From positions 11,466-75,465 of the forward strand of contig JBHLON010000004.1 of the NCBI GenBank assembly GCA_048940445.1: a DNA stretch of 64,000 nt, read 5' to 3'. A program made the position numbers and the translations under genes. This stretch comes from Promethearchaeota archaeon. Lineage in GTDB: Archaea; Asgardarchaeota; Lokiarchaeia; Sigyniarchaeales; SOKP01. The notes under the pieces were generated by a model. It was not told the origin of the DNA and searched no databases. It saw only the letters and a program-made list of their open reading frames with translations. Shown here one piece after another: positions 31,674-40,873 of the stretch (positions within the stretch are counted from its first letter, which is position 1; each line of letters starts with the position of its first letter).

Positions 31674-31757
31674 AGCACCTTAGAAATACATTAAGAAAAT
31701 CAATAGGTTAAAAATTTATTATCTTAATAGAAAAAAGGAAAAAACAATTAAAATAGA

Positions 31758-33467
31758 TTAATCTTTCACGGTTTCTAAAAGTTCCTCTATTTCAGACTGG
31801 ATAACTTCTGGCTTTTTAGCTTCTTCCCCTTGAATTGCTAATGCACGCTCTAAACGTTCCCGATGCAATGTATTCATTGCACAAAAGGGAACCTCTAATA
31901 CCTTACTATTATCCTCTGGATCAATTACTCCATAGTGAACAAGACATCTACACACTCTATCTAAATCGAAATTATATGAATCTTGAAAATGCATCGAGGA
32001 GATTAGTAGGTTCTTCTCGTGGAAGAACATCCCAGCCGATTGTAGGTTAGGGAATGCAATTAAGCGAGAAAATGCTATTAATGTTTTGCTATCCATAATC
32101 TTTGTAGGATTACGCACGTATCTCATTGCCCCAGCAAAATAGTAAGCTTTCATTAATTGTCGATAACCTAGATTAGTCATATCGTCAACAAATTTACCTA
32201 TTGTAGTTGCAACGCTGCCAAATTGTTCTAGATTGATCCCCTTAAGAAGTCCAGTAGGTTTTGGAATTTCTTGTTTCATAGCCATGTCATATACTTTATT
32301 TGACCAGCTGATAAGTCCTTCTGCATCGAAGTAATTTTCAATGGGTTCATATTCACCGTTTTTGTTTACCACGACGATGGTGGCAAATCCACAATCGGCA
32401 TGGCTAGTTGGGCTCCATTCAGGCACGTCATCAAACCATGCCAATAATCTGGTCATTTTGGCAGTGGTAGCTAATGGATAGAAATTATGTATAGCGTTAT
32501 TGGTATGTTCATTTAGCGCTATTTTCAAATCCGAGGTTGTATAGCGTATATCCATTAAATCCTCAAAACTTATACGTCCACATAGAGATACTGGCTGATA
32601 GATTACTCCTGAAATGACATCATTGTTATCTCTAGCAAAATCCATAATTTTACCAACTTCTTTATCATTTACACCTTTAGCTATAACTGGAACAAGCATT
32701 ACACCATAAAAACCGAGTTTACGGGCATTCTCAATAACTCTTTGTTTTAAAGGCCAGAGATTTACACCTCTTATTTTTTTCCATACTTCAGGGTTATCGG
32801 TTGCATCAAATTGTAAATATACAGCATCCATTCCAGCATCTTTACATTTTTTCATAAATTCAATTGATTTAGCAAATCTAACTCCATTAGTAGTCACCAT
32901 AACTTCGATAAACCCTAACTCTTTACCTTTTCGAATGATTTCGGGTAAATCATCTCTAACAGTTGGTTCACCACCGGAGATTTGTAATAATACTGCTGGT
33001 GTGGGTTTCATAGATCGAAAATGTTCCATAATTCGAACAATTTCATCGTAAGTTGGTTGGACAACATATCCCTTTGCGCTGGCATTAGCAAAACAAATTG
33101 GACATGCCAAATTACATCTATTTGTTATATCAATTAGACATATATTGGGAGCACTTTTATGATTTTCACAAAGTCCACAATCATAAGGGCAACCTTGAGT
33201 ACATTCTTTTATTCCTGAAGATACATATTCAGGTTTTGTTGTATGATTCACTGTTGAGCCAATATCATCAGTAAACGTTTGTTGCCATTTATAATCTTCT
33301 GGATCTATGCTAAGCTTATCTTTAAATTCACCGTGTTCTTTACATTTTTTTCTCATCATTACCCAGTTTTTGCTGTCATCAACGTAAATTTCTGCAGGAA
33401 TCGGCTGTAGGCATTCTGGACAGATACTTGTAGTGCGTCTTATAATTTCTTCTGTCATATTAATCAA
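31758..33467 (-). CDS. Radical SAM enzyme, candidate tetraether lipid synthase (Tes / GDGT-MAS family)
   Basis: Radical SAM CNLACPIC (CxxxCxxC), extra cluster motif CTQGCPYDCGLC, and N-terminal CPEC...CKEH rubredoxin-like motif. Size and multi-cluster layout match what I recall of the MJ0619-type family. The family assignment is from memory. Confidence 0.55.
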   Translation of the reverse strand: MINMTEEIIRRTTSICPECLQPIPAEIYVDDSKNWVMMRKKCKEHGEFKDKLSIDPEDYKWQQTFTDDIGSTVNHTTKPEYVSSGIKECTQGCPYDCGLCENHKSAPNICLIDITNRCNLACPICFANASAKGYVVQPTYDEIVRIMEHFRSMKPTPAVLLQISGGEPTVRDDLPEIIRKGKELGFIEVMVTTNGVRFAKSIEFMKKCKDAGMDAVYLQFDATDNPEVWKKIRGVNLWPLKQRVIENARKLGFYGVMLVPVIAKGVNDKEVGKIMDFARDNNDVISGVIYQPVSLCGRISFEDLMDIRYTTSDLKIALNEHTNNAIHNFYPLATTAKMTRLLAWFDDVPEWSPTSHADCGFATIVVVNKNGEYEPIENYFDAEGLISWSNKVYDMAMKQEIPKPTGLLKGINLEQFGSVATTIGKFVDDMTNLGYRQLMKAYYFAGAMRYVRNPTKIMDSKTLIAFSRLIAFPNLQSAGMFFHEKNLLISSMHFQDSYNFDLDRVCRCLVHYGVIDPEDNSKVLEVPFCAMNTLHRERLERALAIQGEEAKKPEVIQSEIEELLETVKD

Positions 33468-33662
33468 ATCTTAAATTACATCGTTAAAGAAAATTACGAT
33501 TTTTTTATATAAAAAATTATTTAATTAAAAGGTTAGTTAACTTTTCTATAAAAATTTTTTATGCTAGATAATACTTGGAATAGTATTATTATTGTAGAAT
33601 CTCAAATATTTTAATTTATTTAAAAATAAATTTATTTTAATAAAATCAGCTATTAGTAATTT

Positions 33663-34418
33663 ATGATTTATCTAGTATTTCTCGAATTAGACTCTTTAAG
33701 CCAACTTTCTGGAGTTTTCGGAATAATCAGTCTATTTGTAACATTTTTCTACGGAATCTTAGTCTTGATTAAAGCATATCAATTAAAATACAAAATACTT
33801 TATTATTTTTTCTTTGCAATAATTTTTACGATGTCTCCTTGGTATCCTAGCGGATTTGGTTACATTTATTGGCTGATAACTCATGAAGTTATTCCTTATC
33901 CAGTTTATGTATTATTAGGGACATTAGGAGTACCGATTGCTTTATTTGCTTGGTTTCAGATTTATATTCCTGCATTACATCCTAAGCTTAAATATCCCTT
34001 ACTAATAGGCACAGCAATATTATCACTATTATATTACGCGTATGTTTTCTTCTTTTTATTTCTTGCTCCAGGTGCTCCGGTTGATCCATTCATAGGAATA
34101 AAGCAGAGTGCCATAGACATTGAATACAGGGGATTCGCTTTAATCTTCTTAGCTTTTTCACTATTAGTAAGTACTATTACTGGTAATGATTTTTCCATCC
34201 AGTCATTAAGAAGTGAAGAGAAGGAAATTAAATGGAAAGGACGTTTTCTGATAGTTTCATTTAATTTTTTTGCAATTGGTGCTATTGGAGATGGATTCCT
34301 AGAACTTAATCCCTTTACTTTGATATTTTTTAGAGTTTTTATGCTATTATCAAGCACTTTTTATTATATAGGGTTTATTCTACCAAAATGGATGAAAAAA
34401 TTATTGAAATTAGTTTAA
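33663..34418 (+). CDS. Polytopic membrane protein, unknown function
   Basis: 251 aa, about 7 hydrophobic helices. Confidence 0.45.
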   Translation: MIYLVFLELDSLSQLSGVFGIISLFVTFFYGILVLIKAYQLKYKILYYFFFAIIFTMSPWYPSGFGYIYWLITHEVIPYPVYVLLGTLGVPIALFAWFQIYIPALHPKLKYPLLIGTAILSLLYYAYVFFFLFLAPGAPVDPFIGIKQSAIDIEYRGFALIFLAFSLLVSTITGNDFSIQSLRSEEKEIKWKGRFLIVSFNFFAIGAIGDGFLELNPFTLIFFRVFMLLSSTFYYIGFILPKWMKKLLKLV

Positions 34419-34425
34419 ATTAAAA

Positions 34426-34439
34426 TTTTTTTTTTTTTT
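34426..34439 (+). terminator. Long oligo-T tract after 33663..34418
   Basis: T14 run starting 8 nt after the stop codon. Confidence 0.5.
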
Positions 34440-34468
34440 GGTAATCAATACAAACTCAGTTTATAAAA

Positions 34469-34602
34469 GGGAGACTCCTGCCACCAAGACCTAAAAGCAA
34501 GGTCAAAAACAAAATAGGGGGAGGAGGGCGAAATCAGAGTGTGTTTTCACACACTACCAAAAGACAAAAATCCAGGGTGGTAGCAGGAGTCATAACTTAT
34601 AC
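34469..34602. ncRNA. GC-rich structured RNA candidate, unknown class (strand unresolved)
   Basis: Closing helix GACTCCTGCCACC (34473-34485) pairs with GGTGGTAGCAGGAGTC (34576-34591), 13 bp with a 3-nt bulge. Inner hairpins: GACCT/AGGTC (34488-34504) and AGTGTGT-TTTC-ACACACT (34539-34556). Purine tract GGGGGAGGAGGG. About 47% GC by hand count in an AT-rich gap. T8 at 34603-34610 on the + strand. Confidence 0.45.
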
Positions 34603-34910
34603 TTTTTTTTATTCCCTATTTTGATTTTGGTTTGTATTTACTATGCTTTTTAAATTTTTATCTTCTTTATGAATTAATATTGGATACAATTGTATTTTTA
34701 ATTTTTATCTTATGCATTATATAATTGCGGATATATTTAAAATAATTGTTGATACGTCATAAATTTTATACATAAAAGAGAATTTTTGTTAGTTTCTTAA
34801 GTCTTGCATCTCTTATTTTATACGATTTCAAAGAATTTGCAAAAATGATGAACTTAAAATCAAAATTACATTCATAAAGAATAATAAAATGAAATTAATA
34901 TAAACTTATT

Positions 34911-35294
34911 ATGACTTTAAATCACTCATCTGAAAAAAAACAATCACATTTTAAATTATATCTATTTTCAGTTATATTTTCCATAATAGGTTTCATAGTT
35001 TCATGGTTTAATATGCTATTAATATTAGAAAGCTCCAAATACATTGAGGTTCTTGCCTACTTATCAATAATACTTACAACCATGATTCCAGGAGTAATAA
35101 TTGCTTTAAAAAAAAGATATTGGGGATATTCTTATCTTTCGGGATTTTCTATTGCTGGAATTCCTTTTATGATATTGATAGATTTATTTATCGGGGCGTA
35201 TACGTGTATTACTACTATTTTTATATTTGCTATTTTATGGTTAATATTTTGGAAAGCTTGGCGTTCTCTTGATTCAATAAAGATAGAAGAATAA
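34911..35294 (+). CDS. Small membrane protein (about 4 TM)
   Basis: 127 aa, four hydrophobic helices, no motif recognised. Lacks CrcB-like motifs. Confidence 0.4.
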   Translation: MTLNHSSEKKQSHFKLYLFSVIFSIIGFIVSWFNMLLILESSKYIEVLAYLSIILTTMIPGVIIALKKRYWGYSYLSGFSIAGIPFMILIDLFIGAYTCITTIFIFAILWLIFWKAWRSLDSIKIEE

Positions 35295-35309
35295 AGAAAA
35301 ATAAATCAT

Positions 35310-35795
35310 TTATTTGGAATGTATTGGTATATCTTCTATAGTAACATCGTTGACTCTTTTTATCTCAAAAAACTTGTTCTTAATTGTTTCTATGTTAATA
35401 TTCCCCGATTCGAGAGAATCTCCTATCAAATATGTTTCATAAAAGCATTTTTCTAACTCATAGCAGATTCCAGTCGTATGTAATATATCTTTACTTAAAT
35501 TTAGTTTATTTAAAACTTCCGAAATCCCCTTCACTATTTCTGGGGAGAATTCTTCTAATTTAATTAGTATTTTTTTTATTACATTTGTATTTATAGGGAA
35601 GCAACTTACTTTTATAACATCTTCTCTTGAAATAAATATTAATAAATAGTATGGTGATTCCGTAATTTCATCTTTTACTTCATCGGGGAAAATGGTGGAA
35701 TTTAAATCTTCTTTTGTTATTATCAAGCCTATAGAAATTTTATTTTTATTTTTACTCTCAGCATTATAAGAAACCATAAGTATCAAAAACTCCAA
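35310..35795 (-). CDS. Hypothetical protein
   Basis: 161-aa ORF, no motif recognised. Confidence 0.3.
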   Translation of the reverse strand: MEFLILMVSYNAESKNKNKISIGLIITKEDLNSTIFPDEVKDEITESPYYLLIFISREDVIKVSCFPINTNVIKKILIKLEEFSPEIVKGISEVLNKLNLSKDILHTTGICYELEKCFYETYLIGDSLESGNINIETIKNKFFEIKRVNDVTIEDIPIHSK

Positions 35796-36022
35796 AGAAA
35801 ATTCAAATATATGTCTATTAATAAAACTTGTTTGTTTTTAATATTTATTTTTTTTTTATTTTTTTTTTATGATAAGTATTGAGAAAATTAAAGTTAGGTT
35901 AGTTTTTGTATAAGGAAAAAAATGTGTTTAAAGATGTTACAATGATAACATATGTATTTTAAATTATTAGTTAAAGTTTCTTAATTATGTCATTTTGATT
36001 ATTAAAAAGATACTTCTAAATT

Positions 36023-36517
36023 ATGTCCTTTAATTCTAATGATAATTCTGAGAAAGATAATTTTGGTTTTAAGATCAGAAAAATAAACCAAAGTGATTGC
36101 TATTTTCATGCAATTTACTTTTTAGATAATATAACAGGATCTTTACTTATAAGCAAGCAATATTCGGAGAATACAAAAACCTCATCTAACGGAGATTTAA
36201 TTAGTGGTTTCTTAAATGCTCTAAATTTGTTTATAAAAGAAATAAGGCCAGGCGAAACAGATGAGGAAATTCAAGAAATTAATTTTAGAGAAACAAGAAT
36301 TTTATATGAGCGATTAGGGCGTCTTTCTGTAATCGCAATAACCAAAAAGTTAAATTTGAAATTTGAAAGACATTTGTTGCATTATATTATAAATGACTTT
36401 TATAGTCGATATGAAAGTTCAATTAATCATTTTAATGGTATAATTGAACCTTCCATTTTAAATTATGAAAAGAAACTAGAAATGCTTAATTATTACAATT
36501 CTCACTTTGAACTATAA
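36023..36517 (+). CDS. Small alpha/beta protein, longin/roadblock-like fold candidate (paralog of 15419..15883)
   Basis: AIYFLDNITGSLLISKQY...GDLISGFLNALNLFIKEI...EINFRETRILYERLGRLSVIAITKK...; collinear with 15419..15883. Confidence 0.4.
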   Translation: MSFNSNDNSEKDNFGFKIRKINQSDCYFHAIYFLDNITGSLLISKQYSENTKTSSNGDLISGFLNALNLFIKEIRPGETDEEIQEINFRETRILYERLGRLSVIAITKKLNLKFERHLLHYIINDFYSRYESSINHFNGIIEPSILNYEKKLEMLNYYNSHFEL

Positions 36518-36533
36518 TTCAAACAATAAGATT

Positions 36534-37793
36534 TTAGATTTCATCTTTCTTCTTTTTCTCCTCGATTTCTTTTACCTTATCTTCTATCTTTTCACTTATA
36601 CCTTGGATATCAGGTTTAATTTGCATTCTTTTGGTATCTTCTTCTCGCTGTTTTTCCCGTATAAATGCTTTTTCGCTAATAGATTTCTCAATAGCCTGCC
36701 CTGCCTGCTCTAAATCTGGTTTAATCCTTTTTAATTCTTCTCTGGTTTCTCGTTGTTTATCTAATCTAAATGCTTTCTCATCAACAGATTGACTTATAGC
36801 CTCTCCTGTTTTCTCTATATCTGGTTTAAGTGTTTTCATTTTTTGCGTTGCTTCGCGCTGTAGATCAATCCGAAAGGCTTTTTCACCAACACTTTTCTCA
36901 ATAGCTTCTCCGACTTTTCTAAAATTAGGCTTTAATTCCAATCGTTTAGTATCTTCCTCTCGCTGTTTTTCCCGTATAAATGCTTTTTCGCTAATAGATT
37001 TCTCAATAGCCTGCCCTGCCTGCTCTAAATCTGGTTTAATCCTTTTTAATTCTTCTCTGGTTTCTCGTTGTTTATCTAATCTAAATGCTTTCTCATCAAC
37101 AGATTGACTTATAGCCTCTCCTGTTTTCTCTATATCTGGTTTAAGTGTTTTCATTTTTTGCGTTGCTTCGCGCTGTAGATCAATCCGAAAGGCTTTTTCA
37201 CCAACACTTTTCTCAATAGCTTCTCCTACTTTTCTAAAATTAGGTCTTAATTCCATTCGTTTAGTATCTTCCTCTCGCTGTTTTTCCCGTATAAATGCTT
37301 TTTCGCTTATAGATTTCTCAATAGCTTGTTCTATTTGTTCTTTATTAGGTTTTACTCCAAGCCTATGTGCATCAATTTCTTTTTTTTTTTCGATTAAGAA
37401 AGCCTTTTGATCAACTGATTTACTTATTGCTTCAGTGGTCTTTTCTAAATCTGGCTTAATCTTTAATCTTAGAGCATCACTTTCTTTTTTCTTTTCGATC
37501 ATGAATACTTTTTGATTAACAGATTTACTTATTGCTTCTCCAGTACTTTTAATATCCGGTCTAAGTTCTAATCTCTTCTTATCCTGTTCCCGTCGTTTTT
37601 CTCTTATAAAGCTTTTTTCTGAAATTAAATTTGAAATCAATTTTTGACTTTCTTCAAAGGCTTTTTTTCTCTGTTCTTCAAATTTTCTGAGATATTCTTC
37701 TCTCTCTTCTTTTTCTTTCTTATAAAGTTCATCGACGATCTTCTTTTGCTTTTCGATCTCTTCAGGTGTTAAAGGTTTTTCATTTTCTTCCAA
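36534..37793 (-). CDS. Charged helical repeat protein (ten 35-aa Pro-punctuated repeats)
   Basis: Repeats of the form [LIV][KR]P[DN]xxxxGEAIxKSVxEKAFxIxKQRExxxxxxx, flanked by Glu/Lys-rich coiled-coil-like termini. No family recognised. Confidence 0.6.
   Translation of the reverse strand: MEENEKPLTPEEIEKQKKIVDELYKKEKEEREEYLRKFEEQRKKAFEESQKLISNLISEKSFIREKRREQDKKRLELRPDIKSTGEAISKSVNQKVFMIEKKKESDALRLKIKPDLEKTTEAISKSVDQKAFLIEKKKEIDAHRLGVKPNKEQIEQAIEKSISEKAFIREKQREEDTKRMELRPNFRKVGEAIEKSVGEKAFRIDLQREATQKMKTLKPDIEKTGEAISQSVDEKAFRLDKQRETREELKRIKPDLEQAGQAIEKSISEKAFIREKQREEDTKRLELKPNFRKVGEAIEKSVGEKAFRIDLQREATQKMKTLKPDIEKTGEAISQSVDEKAFRLDKQRETREELKRIKPDLEQAGQAIEKSISEKAFIREKQREEDTKRMQIKPDIQGISEKIEDKVKEIEEKKKKDEI
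36636..37325. repeat. Tandem 315-bp direct repeat (about 2.2 copies, near identical) inside the repeat-protein gene
   Basis: CGCTGTTTTTCCCGTATAAATGC recurs at 36646, 36961 and 37276 (period 315 = 3 x 35 codons). Units 36646-36960 and 36961-37275 differ at about 4 positions by eye. Confidence 0.9.
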
Positions 37794-37960
37794 TTATCTC
37801 ACTCCATAAAAAATAAAATACCTCTTGATGAATATAAAATCAAACTTTGTATTTATTAATTTATTTATCGAAGAAATAATAGTTTGGATTTTTAGGTAAA
37901 TGTTTCGCTTAAATAATAAAAATTGAAACAAAATTAAAGGTTTTTCGTCATAATATTCTT

Positions 37961-38704
37961 CTACCTTATTGGTATCGACTCAAATGATTCATCAGACACA
38001 GAATCCGTTAAACTAATCATTGTGAGCTTCATTGTAAGCATTTCCATGACATCCATCAATAATTTTCGATAATATTTAGATTGTTTATCAATACTATTTT
38101 GAGAAATGATCTCATCAAATTTTCTTTTTAATACAAGTCTCAGAGTTTCTTGATTATCTAAATCTAAAACCTGAGTTTGAAACCAGTGATCTATTTCACT
38201 TTTTATTTGAAGAGCAAGTTTGTCATCTTGGTTATAGGCAACTTCAACTGCTTCTAGATACTGCATATTTTCAAGATATTCTTTATCTTGATACATTGGT
38301 TTTAATAGGAGCCCTAAGTTAATTATTAAAGGCTGTATCTGAAGTTTATCTAAAGAATCTGATAAAAGTTTTAATACTTGTCGTTTTTGAGTAAGTTTTG
38401 CATAATGGATATATTCTTGAATGAAGTTTAATATGGTGTTCTTTATTAATAATTCTTGAAAATCATCTACTGATTCAAATTTCATTTCAATTGTTTTTTC
38501 GATACAACTATATACAGAACTCATAAAAGGTGTTAGATTTTTAAACATAGAAAAATAATAAATAAACTGAGTAATTCTCGCCAAAATCTCTTCCTTAAAG
38601 CTATCAGACTCAATAAGTGAATCTATTTTTTTTTTAAGTAAAAATGAATCATCAGGAATAGACAAGAAAGTTTTAATGAAAGAATATTTAGATTGAAACT
38701 TCAT
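37961..38704 (-). CDS. Hypothetical all-helical protein
   Basis: 247 aa, no motif recognised. Directly upstream of the repeat protein on the same strand. Confidence 0.35.
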   Translation of the reverse strand: MKFQSKYSFIKTFLSIPDDSFLLKKKIDSLIESDSFKEEILARITQFIYYFSMFKNLTPFMSSVYSCIEKTIEMKFESVDDFQELLIKNTILNFIQEYIHYAKLTQKRQVLKLLSDSLDKLQIQPLIINLGLLLKPMYQDKEYLENMQYLEAVEVAYNQDDKLALQIKSEIDHWFQTQVLDLDNQETLRLVLKRKFDEIISQNSIDKQSKYYRKLLMDVMEMLTMKLTMISLTDSVSDESFESIPIR

Positions 38705-38790
38705 TAATTAATGTTATTACACCATAATATTAATAAAGGTTTATTTTATTAGACAAAAAAGTCAAAGAAAAAATTAAACATACTATCATT

Positions 38791-40122
38791 TTATAACGGA
38801 ATTAGAGCAGTACTTCCATTTTTTTGAGCTTTATTAATTAGAGTCATAAGTTCCTCACTTGAAATAGGAACAAGGTCAAATACGTTCATCCCAGATAGTT
38901 TAAGTTCCGCTCTGAGAGTCTCTGCAAGATTATTACAATCTCCAGAAAAGAAAACTTTTCTCTTTCCAAATGCCTCTCTTAATTTATTACCTACTTCATC
39001 AATAGCACAATATCCTGCTACAAGTCCTTTAGTATAACCTTCAGCTTTTAAGTTATCTATCAAATTCGTATCATGACCTTTACCCATTACTATAAACCAG
39101 CCTCCTCTAAATTTATTGGGGTAATCGTAAGCTAAAAATTGTAATGTAATTAATGGGTTGTTCTGACACCCCTCTATGCATAATAATTCCTTTCCTTTAA
39201 CGATCTTAATATTGTTAGGAAATTGTTGTAATAAGTTCCATTGATATTTCTCTTGGTATTTATTCAAACTTTGTCCAATAATTTCGATTTTATTCAGATC
39301 ACCTTCCCCTAAATTTCGCTCATAAGCAATTTTTAAATGAGGGACTTCATCGATCGTTAAACCGAAAATTTTTGCTCCCACCACATCTACTGATAAAGTA
39401 TCTCTCCCTCCAATTAAGATATTAAAAGGGATGACTTGTTTATCCACCCAAGCAGTGATAGGATAATGGCCATAAATAATCCCTTCTGTACCATCAATGA
39501 TCGTGATATCTGGTCTAATTAATTCATATATATCTATGAGTTTAGAATGTAAATTGTAATTATGGTCCTTTCCCCGATCAGCATGTTGAGGAAAACCCCA
39601 TTGATTTTTAATTCCCAAAGTGACCCTTGTCATAGAATGAGTTTTTAATTTAGGAAGGTTAATATAAGTAACTTTTTCTCTATTTTTTATGATATAAACT
39701 ACTGTCATTGGTAATCTGAACTTTTTTAGATTATAGCCTTTAACATCTACTTTTGTAGAAGGTTTTCCTTTAAACTCAAAATACGTGGATTCTTCCTCAT
39801 CTAAATATTTGATTTCTACTCCGTTGTCTTCACAAACTTGTTTATAACCATTAATTGCAAAAACAACCCTAGTCATGTTTGCTTGCGTTGAGTTTTCCAT
39901 AACATAAATTTCAGCATCTTTTTGTTTAAGATATTTTATAACTGCCTTAAGAACTAGCGGAGATGTATATGAGTGCTTTTTAAAATCAATTCCATTCACT
40001 TTTATATAGACTTTTTTCGAACTTTTTAATATCGATCCCGATTTTTCAAGTTCAGTGAACATTTGATTTACAGTTGTCTCTATGCCACTTCTTGTTGAAT
40101 AAATAAATACCTTAGACATCAT
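38791..40122 (-). CDS. DUF362-family protein
   Basis: KVYIKVNGIDF...SPLVLKAVIKYLK...IYVMENS and LPKLKTHSMTRVTLGIKNQWGF resemble the DUF362 signature. Confidence 0.55.
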   Translation of the reverse strand: MMSKVFIYSTRSGIETTVNQMFTELEKSGSILKSSKKVYIKVNGIDFKKHSYTSPLVLKAVIKYLKQKDAEIYVMENSTQANMTRVVFAINGYKQVCEDNGVEIKYLDEEESTYFEFKGKPSTKVDVKGYNLKKFRLPMTVVYIIKNREKVTYINLPKLKTHSMTRVTLGIKNQWGFPQHADRGKDHNYNLHSKLIDIYELIRPDITIIDGTEGIIYGHYPITAWVDKQVIPFNILIGGRDTLSVDVVGAKIFGLTIDEVPHLKIAYERNLGEGDLNKIEIIGQSLNKYQEKYQWNLLQQFPNNIKIVKGKELLCIEGCQNNPLITLQFLAYDYPNKFRGGWFIVMGKGHDTNLIDNLKAEGYTKGLVAGYCAIDEVGNKLREAFGKRKVFFSGDCNNLAETLRAELKLSGMNVFDLVPISSEELMTLINKAQKNGSTALIPL

Positions 40123-40297
40123 TTTTCAATAAAATAAATAAGTTTGCGATTATTTTTTATTTTCATTACAACTATTTTTAGTTTTTTTAGATAAAAACAT
40201 TATTTTTTATAATAAAAAAACTTATATCGATTGTTGATATATATCAATAAGTGAGATATGCTAATATTAGAAAATATCCTTAATAGGGCAAATTGAT

Positions 40298-40852
40298 ATG
40301 GCAGAAAAAATTGCTGAAGAATTAGAGAATGCAATGAAAAAAGGATTTATTAGCGCTCTTATTTTATTAGTCCTTGAAAAAAGTCCTTCTTATGGTTATA
40401 AAATTGGAAAAGAGATTGAAACACGTACGTTAGGTATCTGGGAACCACCCTCATCTACAATGTATACTGTTCTTAAAAATATGTTAGAAAAAGGCTTAAT
40501 TCAATTTACTGAAGAACAGAAAGAAGGGCGAATCCGAAAAGTATATCAAATCACAAAAAAAGGAAAAAATGTATTAAAAATGATACTTAATAAGCAGAGA
40601 GTCATAGAAGATTCTTTAAAAACTCTAAAAACTGCGATGTTGGATGAAGAAAAAAGCTTAGTTTCTGAAAAATTCCATAAATTTAATCCTATAAATCTAA
40701 TATTAGCAAAATTGGATGAAAAATCTAATGATGAAAAATTAGAGTTCCTTGAACTTCAAAAACTCAGGATCTCACATGATATAAAGAGATTAAATAAACA
40801 GAAAGAGAGAATTGAAGAATTAATTTTACAATTAAATAGTAGAAATAAATAA
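40298..40852 (+). CDS. PadR-family transcriptional regulator with C-terminal coiled coil
   Basis: ALILLVLEKSPSYGYKIGKEIE...STMYTVLKNMLEKGLI...RKVYQITKKGK. Confidence 0.8.
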   Translation: MAEKIAEELENAMKKGFISALILLVLEKSPSYGYKIGKEIETRTLGIWEPPSSTMYTVLKNMLEKGLIQFTEEQKEGRIRKVYQITKKGKNVLKMILNKQRVIEDSLKTLKTAMLDEEKSLVSEKFHKFNPINLILAKLDEKSNDEKLEFLELQKLRISHDIKRLNKQKERIEELILQLNSRNK

Positions 40853-40873
40853 TAATGTGAAAAGAGATTTTAA

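Noticed and set aside
34469-34602. Tested the GC-rich island as tRNA, tRNA-Sec, C/D-box sRNA, H/ACA sRNA or fluoride riboswitch
   Set aside because: There is no GTTCRA-type T-arm. No acceptor/anticodon geometry fits: the UCA triplets present are not in a 7-nt loop closed by a stem. There is no RUGAUGA C box paired with the single CUGA. There is no ACA box 3' of the helix on either strand. There is no resemblance to the fluoride motif, and the downstream small membrane protein lacks CrcB motifs. I therefore kept it only as an unclassified ncRNA candidate.
35851-35878. Long T-rich homopolymer runs in the divergent intergenic region 35796-36022, and similar A/T runs elsewhere
   Set aside because: This is ordinary composition for the AT-rich intergenic DNA of this genome. 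It lies between divergent starts, so it is not a terminator, and no repeat structure is present.
36507-36713. 68-aa plus-strand ORF after the longin-like gene
   Set aside because: It overlaps the 3' end of the repeat-protein gene in antisense. It is F/L-rich nonsense and is better explained as a shadow of the minus-strand CDS.
36636-37325. Tandem repeats considered as a CRISPR or other non-coding array
   Set aside because: The period is 315 bp with no short repeat/spacer alternation. The repeats are in frame within a long ORF and translate into a coherent 35-aa protein repeat. This is a coding tandem duplication, not CRISPR.
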